A DNA stretch of 64,000 bases from the human T2T-CHM13v2.0 reference genome, Homo sapiens. The position numbers and the translations under genes are program-made. Shown piece by piece: positions 42,601-60,559 of the stretch. The notes under the pieces were generated by a model that was not told where the DNA came from, made no database searches, and saw nothing but the letters and a program-made list of their open reading frames with translations. Every line of letters starts with the position of its first letter. Position 1 is the stretch's first letter. The stretch is from assembly GCF_009914755.1 (NCBI RefSeq), contig NC_060927.1, one strand, 5' to 3'.

Positions 42601-43608
42601 ATTTCACATATGCACTAGACCTTTGTCTTGACCCACTCCCTATTTATTCAATCCTGTAATCCTCCTAGAGATATAGGGCAATATTAGAGCAGACTTGAAG
42701 AAACTGTTTCTGATTCAGAGTCTCCCCTAAGAGGGGAAGTGTGTATAAGGTCCCCTCAAAGTCATCCATACAAACAATTTCTAAGCCTATAGACCAATCC
42801 AGGACCAGATCCCGTATGTTCATTCATCCAACATTTCTTGACAGCCTTGGATGATTCCAGCACAGTGAAAGACTAATGCTTCCAAGACAAATAAGATTTA
42901 GCCTTGAGCTGACCTTGGACACCTAATCTAGGCCAGGCCTAGACTCCAGGAACAACCATGGGCAGCTCCATTTTACCAGCTTCCAAGGTCTAGAAATAAA
43001 AGTGAAGTGATATGACAGAAAGTCCTGCATTTTCTGTTTGGGCTTTCACCAGAATGAAAATTACTGTACCCCTTTTGTCATGCTATAATTGCCAAGAACC
43101 AGATAATGTTAAAGTTGGAAGTGACACTAGAGATTTAGTTGTCACTTCTGTTCCAATCTCTCCTTTAGAGATGAGGTTACTGAGGTTCAGAGAGTGAAAA
43201 AATCATCTAAAGTCACCAACAGAGCATGGGGCAAGGCTGGAATTAAAACCCAGGTCTCCTGGCTCCAGGCTCAATGCTCCTTTCACTGCTATTGTTTAAT
43301 TGCCTTGGTAATGGGAAAGACATTAGCCGAGAAGAAAAAGAAGCCAGTCTTTGTTAATGAAAAAATGTGATTCAATGGATAGGTGGATCTGTGCTTCCTC
43401 TAGCTACCATGGCTCATGGTTATGTTGGGCTAATTCCATCGCCTAGTAGCAAAATGCCTATGCTGCAGCCACTATGAATGTCCTGAATGCAGCAGACTTT
43501 TTCATAGCTCTGCACACTACCTTCCCTGAATCCGGAATATCCTCTCATTTGTCCTCATAGCAAACAATTACTCTTTTAGAACCCATTCCATTGCTTCCTT
43601 TGTGGAGA

Positions 43609-44031
43609 TGTGGTTAATTTATGCTGGGTCAACTTAGATAAGATGGAGCTACATTTCTCAGACCCCCTTCCCTGCATAGTTCCATATTAGCTTTGGCCAC
43701 AAGAGATTTTGCATGATATTTGAAATATAGAAGTGAAGCTACTGTTTTAATATTTAGAAGGTTGGTGCAGGACACCACATATTGTGAGAGACAGGAATAG
43801 GCTGTAGTGTGCCTGGCAAGGTCCAGACCATCATTGCTCTCTCCTCCTCCACTCCTATTTCTCTTTCTCCACTGCCTACCCTTAAAGTCCAGCACAAACT
43901 CAGAAGCAACAGCCTCACATATACTGATTAGCCATTTCCTACAGTTGTACTCAGTAAGGTCCGACAATAAATTTCTGGTCCTATATCATACAAAGTGGTT
44001 CTGCTTGTCTGATAGAACACTAACTGGATCA
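43609..44031 (+). mobile_element. MLT2F/E-like ERVL LTR
   Basis: Start 'tgtggttaatttatgctgggtcaactt', then 'ttggccacaagaga', AATAAA, and end 'ttctgcttgtctgatagaacactaactggatca'. Confidence 0.75.
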
Positions 44032-45314
44032 GGAGTCTTCTGTGAATCCCTCAGAATTAATCATTTCCCAGCCACACAACTCTATTAAAGCGTATATCAC
44101 ACCATGCTGTACTTTCATGATTGACAAGTGTTTCTCTCACTGATGGGGATAGCTGACATGTATTGCAGGCTTACTTTGTGTCAGGCACTATTCTCAGCAC
44201 TATTTAATCCTCACAACAACCTAATGAGGTCAGAGTTGTTATTTTTCTTCCCATTTTATAGATAAGGCAACTCAACTGAGGACCAGACAAGTTAAAAGAC
44301 TTGCCCATGCTTTCACGACTAGGAAGGAGAGAATCCAGGATTCAGAAACAGACAGCCTGGCCCCAGAGCTAACGCCCTCACCCTCCCTAGGTGAGCTCTT
44401 GAAGGAGCATGTCTCATCTGTGAAGGAAAGATCTATCTACTAAGCTTGAAGAGAAAATGACTTTTCTACAAAGTTGAAGAGGGTTGATGGAAATGGAAGC
44501 TTTGGTCTAGGGTCCTATCGTACCCTGAATGACATGCTTTCCAGACTGGAAGTTGAGGTTGTAAATGCTCCGTAGTCGATGCCTTGTTAGTGGACAAGAG
44601 ACCCGCTTACATTTTAGTTATACATCACCTGAAAGCCATCAGTATGCTCTCTGGGAGCTGTAGATACTAACACTGCCTCACACCACTGGATGAGCCTGCT
44701 TTTCTCCCTAGCCCAAGCTGATGCCCCACCCTGGGTGGAGCTCTCTCCTGTGGGTCTCCCTGAGTGGAGGGCTGAGATTGTCTGGAGGGAAGAGTTCCCA
44801 CACAGGTGCCAGGTATGCAATTAGTGTTTAACACCTCATTTTTATGTGAATGATGAAACATGACTTCAAAACAACAGTTCATGTATCGTAATGTGGGCTG
44901 GGACTCATAATTTTTAATGTGGCTATCAACTTCTAAATATCAGACTAGAATAAAAAATCAAGTTTGGATTTCAAATCAGAGTATCATGTTGTTCAACATG
45001 ATATTGGGCTTTCCTTATTCCTCTCTACATACAGGAAAATTTAAAGCCTTCATCTTATGTGTAATACATCAAAAATAAACACACATACACACACAAATAA
45101 AAAAGAATAAGCAAAAAACAAAAGATAAAATAAAAAACAAAAGATAAAATATACAACAAAAAGTACATAGAAAAAAATGGTTAGAAATAAAAATCAATGC
45201 TACAACGCAACATCAAATGCCTGTCTTGCTCTTCTAGGACACAGAAGGGAGGCTGGTCTGGAAGGTTGAGAGGCTTCGTGCCACTTGAAGTGTTCTACAC
45301 AAGAGGAGAAAACC

Positions 45315-45619
45315 AGCCAGGCGCGGTGGCTCACGCCTGTAATCTCAGCACTTTGGGAGGCCGAGGTGGGTGGATCGCGAGGTCAGGAGTTCAAGACCAG
45401 CCTGGTCAACATGGTGAAACCTCGTCTCTACTAACGATACAAAAAATTACCTGGGTGTGGTGGCATGCACCTGTAATCCCCGCTACTCAGGAGGCTGGGG
45501 CAGGAGAATTGCTTGAACCTGGGAGAGGTGGAGGTTACAGTGAGCTGAGATCACACCACTGCATTCCAGCCTGGGCGATCGGGCAAGAATCTGTCTCAAA
45601 AAAAAAAAAAAAAAAAAAA
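45315..45619 (+). mobile_element. AluSg-like
   Basis: 'ggatcgcgaggtcaggagttc', A22 tail, TSD aggagaaaacc. Confidence 0.95.
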
Positions 45620-46150
45620 GGAGAAAACCCATAAAACATTCACTGCATCATCAATATCTGCTATCAATATTATGTAGATGTTCCATATAAGCCAATGATG
45701 AGAAAAGCTTGTAAAAATCGAATTCATGGCTTTTATTCATGACCAGACTTGGATTGGACCTCTGAATTTATCAAGTTCAAGCTTTCGTTTCAAGATGAGG
45801 AAACTGAGGGCCTGTGAAGATAGACCCTCCAATTCCAGACTGATACTAGCAGACTAGAGAGGAGGCCCAGAGGAAAGGCTTTCCATCCAGGAAGCAACAG
45901 GATCAGGCTGAGGAATTTTTCTGTATCTTATGGGGGCATGGGAAGTGTTAGTGAGGAGAAGAAATGTTTGGCAGGTAGAGTCAAAAGGATTTGGATATGG
46001 GGGATGAAATTTCTGTCTTCAACTTAACAAAAAAATAGTCTACCTCAGAACTTTTGGCTGCTACCCATTTTTAATGCTCATTAACTGGAAAATACTATAT
46101 ATTTATTATAGAAAATTTGGAAATTAAAAAAAGAATTAAATTACTCATAA

Positions 46151-46565
<415 letters not shown>

Positions 46566-46773
46566 GTTTGTATGTTTTAATGAAACTCTTTTTCATAATA
46601 TTAAATACTCTTCCACTATGAAATGTTCTTAGTGGCTGCCTAGTTATTTCACCCTATGACTATAGTGAGTCAATGTGTTTCTTACTATTGGACACTTTGG
46701 TAACTTCTCTTATTTCCCATCACAAATCATAATGAGATAAATGTCTTTGGGTCTCTGGTTATTCCTGAGTGAA

Positions 46774-48843
<2,070 letters not shown>

Positions 48844-49631
48844 GAATGAGATTCTTAACATAGAATTGATGGAACTAAGTGAATGACACTTCTAAAATTT
48901 GACATATGTATATCCAAGTCATGCATAGAGAACATAGATCTGTTTACACTCCCAGCAATAGTGTAGTCTATGAATGTTTGCTTCATTATCACCTTCTGCT
49001 ACAACTGTCTGAAATTTTGAGGAACTCTTGGAAAGTATTTCAATTATTGATGTGCAAGCATTTATATTTTCTACTTGGTTTCAATAAAAATGATAAAACT
49101 AAGTGATACTACAAAATAAATAACTTATAAGTAACTTCTATTTTACATTGCTTGAGTTTTTATATTTCTTAATAAACATAAGTTTTCACAGAATTATAAG
49201 TAGATATATACAGGACACAGCATTATTTTATATGAACATTTCTATAAAATGACATGTGTACACTTGACATTTTAAAACCTAAAAAATATCTTTATACCAA
49301 TATAGTGATCCAGCATGTAGATATCTTGAGTTTGGTGAGCCAAGTCTCCATATATGAGTTGTTTTCAATGTGATTGGAATTAACAGGTTAGACAGTATGA
49401 ACTCTTTCAGAGTCCCTACTACATGCTAGTGTCTCACATTTAGTGGTGCTTTGTATGTCATTGGGAGCAAAAACAACCTCCATTATTGCTTCTGATGACA
49501 ATATTTACAAACACTTTAATTTTTACAGGAATTAACATCTCGTTCTTTCTCAAACTCCCAAATCCCTATTTTTGTAACTTACTGTGAAAGTCCAAAAGGA
49601 AATAAAAAGCTAAAGGATGTACTAAAAAATA

Positions 49632-50124
49632 CAGTTGCTCCTTGAATAACACAGGATTGAACTCTATGGGTCCACTTATATGCCAATTTTTTTTCAGTAA
49701 AAGTTACACCCAGAGTGCCTGCCTCTCCTGTCTCTCCTGCCACTTCTTCCACCTCTGCCACTACTGAGACAAGACCAATCCCTCCTCTTCCTCCTCCTTC
49801 CTAGCCTACTCATGTGAAGATGATGGGGATGAAGATCTTTATGGTGATCCACTTCCACTTAATAAATAGTAAACATGTTTTCTTTTTCTTATGATTTTCT
49901 TACTAACATTTTCTTGTATCTAGCTTACTTTATTGTAAGAATATAGTATATAATACATATAACATACAAAATGTGTGTTAATTGACCGTTTATGTCATCA
50001 GTAAGGCTTTCTGTCAACAATAGGCTCCTAGTAGTTAAATTTTGTGGGAGTTAAAAGTTATACATGGAATTTTGACCACAGGGCATCAGCACCCTTAATC
50101 CTCACATTGTTCAAGGATCAACTG
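49632..50124. mobile_element. Tigger2a/MER28-type DNA transposon
   Basis: TIRs cagttgctccttgaataaca and tgttcaaggatcaactg, TA on the left; internal 'gatccacttccacttaataaatagtaaa'. Confidence 0.87.
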
Positions 50125-53100
50125 TTTAGTTACATATTTATATGTACATTTTAAACTTTGATTACACAACTAACATATGCTGTATGTAGAAAATTACAGA
50201 TTAGAAATTAAAAAGAAGAAAACTAATATAACTTTGAATTATATCATGCAGACATAATGATATTTATCAGTTTCCAGTCTTCTTTACAGAAATGTATACA
50301 CACTGCCCATACTGCTGTTATAACTCACTATGATACATTGTGAACATATTATCATGTCAATATGCTAACAAGTACATAATTTTAAATAGCTTTCTAGTAT
50401 GTGCCAGGCACAGTAATATGCAATTATGAGGAAGACATGGCCTGGTCTTCAGGGAACAACTGGGGAGAGCAGGAAAGAACAGAAGCTTTCTAAGCTCTGG
50501 TGTGGTGCTCTTTCTCCTGGTTTATTTTCATTACTAGGTAAAGCTTTACTCCTTAGCATTTTTGTTTTTACAGTCCCAGCACATTTAAATCCCAGTTTTC
50601 TTATCCTTGCCTTTAGGTTACAGTGTCCTATTCATTTACTTTTGATCCATGAACAATTGAGAGTTTTTAGTATTCAGTGAGTCCCTGTAATGGCATGGTA
50701 GAGCACAGTTCTCAGAAATTGTGGAAGAAGATCTTTCCAACAGCAGGTGCTGCCAGTGGTGCTACAGGTAGAAATGGATCCTGGCTTTTGGGGACAGTGG
50801 TCTTCCTTGTGCTTCAGTGTCCCTGTAGCAAGAAGGGGACTCTCATTTCCCAGAGAGCTTTCTGCTCCTTAACACCTGCTGTGATCTGTGCAGACATCTG
50901 TGAGGCAATTTGGGTTCTATAGAATAGGAAGGTTAGACTTAGGGAAACAAAGTATGCGACTGAGGCTCTGCCTAGAAGAGGCACAGCAGAGCCAGGATAA
51001 AGCACAGGCTTTGTGATGCCAGTACAGCACTCTTTCTATTCTTCCCCAGCTCCACTGAAGGCATGGCTGACTTGGCTGCAGAAGGTTGGTGGGTCAAAGA
51101 GACCAATGTTCTCTGTTCTTCACATGCACACACACATACACACACACCAGAAACATGTGTGAGTACCCTCACATGTAAACAGGCAATCTAACCAAAATGC
51201 TCCTAGGTATTCTGTAAGTGCTCCCCACCTGGAAGGATCTCTCTCGTCTTGTAGTTCTTGCACCACTGTTTGGTGTCTTGACCACCCACAGCAACAGGCC
51301 ACCTCCAGACAAGCCAGGATCCCTTTCACTGGGATTTTCCAACTCTGCATCACATATACCCTGGAGGCATGCTCTCCCCAAGCAGGCAGGGTCAAGAGAC
51401 TCAGTGTGATGAATCCCAGACAACAAATATACAGTGAGCACCTCTAACAAGCAAGATGCTGAGTTAGGCTGTAAAGAGAATTCTGCCATGATATAACATC
51501 TACCTGCTAGAAAGCACTCCATAACAACTAGAATAATATTATAACATTAGATATGTCTTGTAATTTATGATTCATAGGCATTGTCTCACCTGACCCCGAC
51601 AACAGCCCTGTATGAGAGACATAGTCTTAATCACATTTAACAGATGAAGATGCAGAGGTTTAGAGAGGCTCACTGACTGGGCCTACATTAGATAGTGAAT
51701 ATTACACCTTGGACCTAAACTCCAGTTCTTCTGACTACAAAACCAATGTCCTCACCCTCTCAGACATCAACCTCAATATGTTATGGGATTCTCAGTTCTC
51801 AATGTGACCCATGAGGAGAGTTTGGTGAATGTCACTTAACAGGTGAGAAAACTGATCCAAGAGTTGAAGAGAATTAACCATGATCACCAGGGGCCTCTGG
51901 TTCCAAAACCTAGTGGTCCTTTCTCATCACTTGGTCCCTGCTGTGGAATAGCACCTCAGAGAGCAGGGGACTGTGAACAAAGAAAGAGTAACAAAGATTC
52001 AAAGCAGATTGTGTGTCCCTAAGGGGGCTGCAGAAAAACTCTTTGGGTACCTCTGCTTAGAAGCATCCTGGGGAGCCTCAGCCCCTGCCCAGCATGTAAG
52101 TGTAATGTGTGTTTTGAGGTCATGTCAACTTCCTGTTAGGTGTTGCTGTCTATGATCTTCCTTCTGGCCTAGGCCAGGATGCCATTTTTTGTGACCAAGC
52201 ATAGAGTCCTGCTTTAGAATGCCCAACTGTTGTTCAACAGTGTGGTTTCTTTGAAGGAAATGTGATGAGAATAAGGTGGGGAGGAAGTTGGTAAGAGGGG
52301 ACAGAAACAAGCACACATACTGGCATTGTCTGTTGCTTGATCTTGAAAAAAGTTATATGGCATTTTAGATGGATCCCAGCCTTGCTCCTTCCGCTATGTA
52401 CACAGCAGAATCTCCCCTTATACTCCTCATTTTAGAGACTGGTGGGAAATGAAAGACAGGGAGACTAGTTAGGCGACTGTATTGCAGAAACCCAAATGAG
52501 ATCCAATGGGGACTTGAAAGTGGCCTTAGGGTCAGGATATAGACGTATACTGAAGAACCACCCCAGAGGAAGACTCAACTAGTTGTACAGATTGGATGGT
52601 GGAGAGAAAGAAAGTGGAGGAGAGAAGCTTAGGATGGCCTCTGGTTTGCTTACTGAGGCATCCAGGCAGGTGAGCATGTTATGGACAGAGCTAAAGACTA
52701 CAGACAAAGAGAAAGTTTGGAGAGAACACAATGAGCTTAATTTTTAATATATTGAGAGAGCACATCTGGACCATGTTCTTATGAAGGTGATTACGGGGAA
52801 AAGTGCTCAGAAATGAGGTCCTCCAACTCCACCCTAAAAATTCACAGACATTGCTACAACAACCATTAGTCACTGCAGGCCTAATCAGGAGAGATTTGGG
52901 AATGGGGAGCGGGAAAGAGTGGGCTGTGCTTATGGAACTCACAGTGAATAAAAGAAGGTTTTGAGCAGGAGCAAATAGGCATCCCTGCTTTTCTTATAGT
53001 CCATTATTTTCATGGATTGTTTGTTAGGCAGCCCCAATGTCACATTGGAAGTGTCATACTGGAATGACTTGGAGATCTTGAGTTAAAAGACCTAAATTTG

Positions 53101-53883
53101 GTGCAGCATATTATTAGTTGTACGATCTGGGGAAAAACACTTAACTCCCCTGATCTTCCTTCCTTATCTATAAAATGATTGTCTTGGGAAAATGCTGTGT
53201 AAATTATAGCAGGCTATTTATGGGTAAATTGTTGGTTTAATATGTCATACTAATAAGCAACTAATTTTGCAACTAAATTAAATGCGTACCAATTTGAGAA
53301 GCTAAAGCTTTAAGAAGGAAGTATTAACAGACTGGAAAAACCCAGTGAATTTTTCAGACCAAATTATAGAAGACCCTTGGAGCTCCAGCATCCTGTAGAG
53401 ATATCTTTAGGGAAAGGAAGAAGCAAGAATGGAATCAGGGGATATCCCAACAGCCTCTTCACCCCACCCCCAGTCACAAGCTGTGGTGATGTTTGTCTGT
53501 GACATGAATCACTACACTCTTGTGGGTGCTGTTTTTGCTGCTCTGGCACAGATATATGCCATATATTCTTGGGTCTTATATAGGGTTTAGTTTGTTACCT
53601 TCTTGGGCACCAACTGCTTAGCATTCCTCAACATATAATCTCTTCAGCGTCAACTCTTGATGTTACAAGAAAACATAGGTTACAGACTTCAATTGAACCC
53701 AAAACGACTGTTGATCGAGTTCTTTAGACTTTCCAGGCATTATACTAAACAATGGGGATACAATGCTGAAACAAATAGGCAAGGTCTCTGTCCTCACAGA
53801 GCTTTTATGCTACCAAAATTCAGAACTGGAAGAGATCTGGAAGAGATTTTCTAGAGCCCAGAATTTTTTGGAGTGACATTTGA

Positions 53884-54220
<337 letters not shown>

Positions 54221-55849
54221 TAGAACCTACACAACCTTGAACAAATTTATGTCACTGTAAAATGAGAATGATAATAAAAAGAAATAGCCACCCTCCTCAT
54301 GCATATACTGTGAAGAAACACATGAGGATGTGCATTATGACTGACAAAGCACTAGACAAATACAAGTGATTAACACTGAAATATTATACTTAAAAAAAGA
54401 AAAGAAAAGGAAAGAAGGAAAAGTTATACTCAGTGCTTATGCACACATCTGGAAAAAATACTAAGTGCTTATCAAAATATCTCATGATGTTTCTACCTAG
54501 TTTTGTCTCTGTTCACACTGGTATTCAATTACTAGACAACTAGACAACAAATCAGTTGAAATGGTAATATTAATTTGTGCAAAATGGGCCAATATTGCTT
54601 TAAATAAAGGTGGAATATGCTTTCTGTTGGTGTGTCCATTACAAAAAACCCACACAAAATAAAAACACATATGCATTGGAGGTCATTGCTCTCATTCTTA
54701 CTTTTATGAGCAATGTACCCTAATGGGTACTAGCGGGTTTCCTATTATGTATATATTTCATAAAGCTTCTGCAATATAGTCTCGAGTTCAGTGGAGAATT
54801 CTGATGTGAAAAGCCTGGGATCAAAGATTGAAAGGTGTGTGAAGATAATGAAAGCCTATAAAACAAACAATAACATTTGTATTCAATGAAAATCTGAAGT
54901 CAGATGGTAGTAACTACTCTTCCTTTCATGGGCAAGGAAGAGTAGTTGTTTCATGCAAAAAAAAAATACACATGCATAAATATATTTACAATACTTTTCT
55001 TTCATGTATCTGAAAAATAAAATGCACGCCTTTCCAATGAATAAATATGCCTTGTTGAGAATATCATAAATAAGCACATGGATTTCAATAATTTTACAGT
55101 CATATTACTAATGTATATTTTTCCATTTTATGCTGACATTTCTGGTCTTGGAGATGAGAAATAAAATCTATAGGTATATTGTTAAAAGAAAAGGGCAAGA
55201 GGCATTTGCCGAGCATGTTCTAGTGCCAGGCATGATGTGATACATATCTCATTATCTCATTAATCTTCACCACCATACTCTTTGTCATCTAGATCTTTGG
55301 GCATGCGAATCCCTATGCCCAGCACATTTCTGTGGACCCCTTCTGCTCCCTTGACAATACTTGCTCCTTCCCACTCCACCCTTCACCTGGATGGCCCTTC
55401 CCCTTTAGGATTCAGCCTGTGCCCAAGTTCACCTAGATTATCCTGCTCCTGTTTCCCCAGCAGCCAGTAGTTTTCTATGATGTATTATCACAGAATAGAA
55501 CAATAGACTGTAGTCTGTTTCTCATATTGAAGGGCAAGAGAAAGGGACTATGTTGCTTTTTCACTGTTATGAGCCCAGCATGCAGAGCAGTTCCCACAAT
55601 ATTGATTGAATGAACAAATGAACGAGTTGTTGAGTAAGCTAAGTATTATTAGCCCCAATTTTCAGATAAGAATACGAGACTCAGAGGGGGTTAGTATGGT
55701 ATCAAACTGCTGGTATATGATAGATCTAGTAGGTCTGGGAATTGAAACAAATGATCTGACTTGCTGTCTCAATTACTATCAAGAAGAGTGGGTGAACCCT
55801 GGAGTTCTAATGCTGGTCTTCTCTATCTCCACTTTGTCAGTCTGTAGTG

Positions 55850-55871
55850 AAAAAAAAAAAAAAAAAAAAAA
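55850..55871. repeat. Poly(A) run
   Basis: A22, not attached to a recognisable Alu. Confidence 0.9.
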
Positions 55872-56352
55872 GGACTACCAGAAAAAATAAAGGCCTTAAA
55901 GCAACCTATGGTGCAGGGACCAGAAAGTAACCTTGAGCCCAGGAGCGCTCAGAACCGCTACTAAGGACAAATCAGTGAGTTTGATGAAATTCAACATGGG
56001 ATTTTTGAACATCTTCTATATGTTTTACCCATGCTGCCAGCTCGGAGGAGTCTGTAGATGGGCAGACACATCCTGGCCCTCTGGCTGCTTACAGACTCTT
56101 CCAGGGTGTTGAGGTGATGCACCAGCTGGTGAAATCGTCCTCCAAATCAGGGGAGACCAAAAGTGGCATAGAGAGGCCCTGGCCTGGGAATCAGAAGGCC
56201 TGTCTCCACCTTTCTCGGCCCACTACCTTTGGAGAGCCACTTGCTTCTCTTTGAGAGTTTTAGTTTCCGTACCTATAAAATTTGTGAGTAGACTACATCA
56301 CGGCAGCTGGTAGGTCGGATCTGACCCTCAGATTTCTTTTCATCCTGCCGTA

Positions 56353-56757
56353 TGTTATGGATTGAATTGTGTCCCTGAAAAATTCATATGTGGAAGGCCA
56401 AACCTCTTGTACCTCAGAATATGACCTTATTTGGAGATGGGGAGTATACACAGCTGATCAAGTTAAAATGAGGTCATTAGGGTGGGACCTAATCGAATAT
56501 GACTGATGTCCTTATAAAAGGGGGAAATTGGAACACGGAAACGGGTAGGCTCACAGGGAGAACACCGTGTGAACATGAAGATCATCATCTACAAGCCTAG
56601 GAGAGGGATGTAGAGCAGCTGCGTTCTTCCCAGCCCTCAGAAGGATTCCTGCCAACACCTTGATCTTGGGCTTCTAGTGTCCAGATCTGTAAGACACTAA
56701 ATTAAGCCACCCAGTCTGTGATACTTTGTTATGGCGGCCCTAGCAAATTAAGAGACA
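56353..56757 (+). mobile_element. MLT1B-like MaLR LTR
   Basis: 'tgttatggattgaattgtgtccc...cctcagaatatgaccttatttggag...aagccacccagtctgtgatactttgttatggcggccctagcaaa'. Confidence 0.85.
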
Positions 56758-56922
56758 GTCATGCTTCACCACATTCCTCACCATTCTCTATTTTCTTCTA
56801 CCCAGCTGCTTGGCCCATATACCTTATCAGAGAGATTTTTAGGCATTATAGTCTGTCATTTATGGATGAGACCATTCCAAAGTTCTCCTTGAGTGATTCA
56901 TCATGACTAGTCCCTGAATCTC

Positions 56923-57221
56923 TTTAATTAAATTAATTAATTAATTAATTTAAGGCTGTCTTGCTCTGTTGCCCAGGCTAGAGTGCAGTGGCTCACTGCA
57001 ACCCCCGTCTCCTGGGTTCAAGTGATTCTCGTACCTCAGCCACCCAAGTAGCTGGGACTACAGGTGTATGCCACCACGCCCAGGTAATTTTTGTTTTTTT
57101 TAGCAGAGATGGGGTTTCACCATGTTGACCAGGCTGGTCTCGAACTCCTGGGCTCAAATGATCTGCCCACCTCAGCCTCCCAAAGTTCTGGGATTACAGG
57201 TGCAAGCCACTGCACCTGGCC
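56923..57221 (-). mobile_element. AluJb-like
   Basis: 'ctcctgggctcaaatgatctgccc'; (TTAA)n tail; TSD ccctgaa. Confidence 0.9.
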
Positions 57222-59081
57222 CCTGAACATCTCATATTCCACAAGAAGGTCTATTTCAGGACTTGGTAGACAGGACTGCATACCCCTAAGCCACTGGTGT
57301 GCTGGAAAATGTTTAATTACCAGCTCTTGAGAGGATGGAGATCTCCCCTCTTGTGGTATTTGCTAATTTCCCACCACAGCCAATGTCAAGCTGCCAACAT
57401 GACCTCACTGAAAGTGGACCAGAGGAGGGGAATGCCATTGGCTGTGGTGAGCTGGGAGGAGCAATTCTGGTACCATGGCCACCAGCAGTCCCAGTGCTCT
57501 ACAGCCAAGCCCTGAGATCTTTGCACCTGATAGTCTTACGCCTGATCACGTTACTTATTTATTTTATTTTGTTTTTTCTTTTGTCAGACCTGGTCAACAG
57601 GAAGTAATTGCCTGAGCTCTTTAAAGCAACTGAGCTGAATGTCAGGAAACTGGAGTCCTAATCCAGGCCCTTTTTTGACTGACTGAGTTGGGATAAGACT
57701 TTCTACCTCGAGGATCATCAGGTGCAAAATGAAAAGGTTTGAAAAAATTAGGAGTTTATGGGGTTGGTATCTTGGCCTCCAAATCTCTGAGAGTGGTTGG
57801 AGGACAATTAAAGTAGGACTCCTGACCCGTCTTCCACCAAAGGTGCTTTGCTTGTGTATACTTTATATACAACTCCAGATCAGGTTTACCTGGAAGGTGA
57901 AAGAAACAGGTTCCACTGATTATTAAACGAAGGAATGAGTGCTGAGGCCCCGTCAGCTGAAATGTTTTCTATTCCTCCATGATTCCAGAACAAAACTCTC
58001 AGCCCCACCCATACACTTTAAGAAGGAAGCACAGAAGGGGTGGTTGTGGGAAGGAGAGCTGGCAGGGTGACCAACCCCAAAGAACAAGGCAAGGGAGCCA
58101 GACAGGCCAGGAGCACTGGACGGGCCCCTGGGATGCTGCACAATTCCTAGCATGCTTCTTCTAGAAGACTCCTCCAACAATCTCTGTGAAAAGAGAAATA
58201 TTTTTACCTGCCCTTGGATGGCATTTAGGTCTGGGGTAGAAGGTGGCAGCTGTTTAACAGCCCATGGTAACACTGCACAGCAATTAGGGCAGGAAGTGAA
58301 GAAGGCTGTATCACACAGAAACTGCCAAGGTGGAATTGAGGTCAAGAGATTGCAGTTCCTCCAAAGTGAATTCACCCTTCTTCCCACCTGGATGGCCTCT
58401 GCCAGTGACTGGGGGATCTAGGGGAGCAAGAGGTGGTTTTCTAAAGAAGAGGGTCCTTCATAAAGGTGTGATACAGCATAGGTACTCGTGGGCAAGGGCA
58501 GGGCTTTTGAGAATGCCAGTGCAGAGACCACTCCACTGCTCTTAGGAATCGTGTGTCTAGTGACAATGTGGAGGGGAGGTTGAAGGGGAATCACTGGGCT
58601 GGGGAGACCAAGTGGCAGATAAGAGGTGTTGCCTAAGTGACAGACCATACACCTGTCAATCAAGAACAGTGACAGGATGGACTTTGTTCTCAGGGGCCAG
58701 GTGTTTCATTAGGGAGTACAATTTCATGCTCATACTTCTCTTTTTGACATTTCCGGCCTCTCCATAGTCCCTGTGGGTTGGATCTGTGCTTGGCAGTTCC
58801 TCTGATTGAGGGAAAGACAACCTTTTCTTGTGTGCTGTATTTATACTCAGGCATGAAATAAGACCGAGCAAACGTCATCCCAGAAACCTCAGGCCACTTG
58901 AGAGAATTTCGATCTGTAAGTGTAAAAGTAGCACAATGTCTGCCTCTCTCTTCACACTTGGGCAGAGGGGTTTGAGGAGATGATGATGATATTCTAGAGC
59001 AGTCAAAGAATTTTAGGGCTAGAAAGGGCCTTGGAGATGGATTTTAGGTCAAAAAGCTTAAAAGACTTATGTTGGCTCTAC

Positions 59082-59380
59082 TTTTTTATTTTTTTTCTTG
59101 AGACAGAGTCTTGCTCTTGTTGCCCAGGTTGGAGTGCAGTGGCACAATCTCGGCTCACTGCAACCTCCATCTCCCGGGTTAAAGCAATTCTCATGACTCA
59201 GCCTCCCAAGTAGCTGGGATTACAGGCACGTGCCACCACTCCCAGCTAATTTTTTTATATTTAGTAGAGATGGGGTTTCACCACGTTGGCCAGGCTGGTC
59301 TTGAACTCCTGACCTCAGGTGATCCACTCACCTCAGCCTCCCAAAGTGCTGGGATTACAGACGTGAGCCATTGTGGCCAG
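59082..59380 (-). mobile_element. AluSq/Sx-like
   Basis: 'tcttgctcttgttgcccagg'; TSD tggctctactttt. Confidence 0.94.
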
Positions 59381-59394
59381 CTGGCTCTACTTTT

Positions 59395-60170
59395 AACGTA
59401 TCCAGAATCCAATCGCTTTTCCCCACCTGCAGCTATCCTTCTGATCCAAACTTCCAGCATTTCTTCCTGGAATATTGTGATCACCTACTACCTGCTTCAA
59501 CCCTTGCTTCTCTCTGCTTCAATCCTGTGCCCCTTAGTATATTCTCAGCACAGTAGTGAAAATAATCCTCTTAAGATGTGCATTGGATAATGTCACACTT
59601 CCACTCAAATCCTTGCCTTGGTACCCCATTACTCTTGAGAAAAAAACTCAAGTCCTCAAAATAGCCTACCAGGCCCTACAAGACTCACCCTGTATTGCCT
59701 CTCTGACCTTATCTCCCATTACTCTCCCAGGTACTCCAATAGCTGACCACACTGCTCCAGCCACACTGGCCTCCTTGTTGTTCCTAGGATGTGCTCCTAT
59801 TTTAGTCCTTTGCCCTCCCCTGGCACACTCTTCCTACAGACATATGCTCAGTTCACAGTCTCCTCTTCTTCAAGCCTGCTCATGTCTCACCTTCTCCCCC
59901 AGGCCCCACCTTGACCATGCTATTTACATATCAGCCTGCAAGTTGGTACCTGTTCCCCACTCCAAATCTGGGACTTCTGCTCCCCACCCCTCCATGCTGC
60001 TCTACTTTTTTTCCCCATAGGACTTAGCACCTCCGAACACAGCAGACAATTTTCATATTTATTGTGTTGATTAATATTTGCCCTTGCCTGCTAGGATATA
60101 AACTCAACAAGGGCAGAGATTGTCCTCTCTTATTGACTGAGGTATGGCTGCTGCCTAGTGAACCTGGTTG
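59395..60170 (+). mobile_element. L2 LINE relic
   Basis: 'tatccagaatcc...cactgctccagccacactggcctccttgttgttcct...agggcagagatt'. Confidence 0.7.
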
Positions 60171-60559
60171 CATGGAAGAGAAGGTAATTAAAGAGAATGT
60201 AACTTTAAATAAAATTATTTTGAAGTAGTTTCAAACTTACAGAACAGTTGCAAAAACAGTACGGAGTTCAAATGTACCCCTCATGGAGATATGTTAACAT
60301 TTTATCATCACATTTCCTTTTGGAATGAATGTTTAATGATATTAGTATTCGCATGAATCATGATAATAGTAATGACACGTTTGGAACTCTCTAGGTTTGC
60401 AGAAGGCTTTGTTTTTTTCCTTCAAGCTCTAGCCTACAGATCACTCTTCACATCTCCAAGATAGTGAGGGCAAAGATTATTGTACCCGTGAACAGACTAG
60501 AAGAGTGAGGCTTATTCAGGTCAGGTGACATCTTACCTAAGGTCACACAGTTGTAAAGG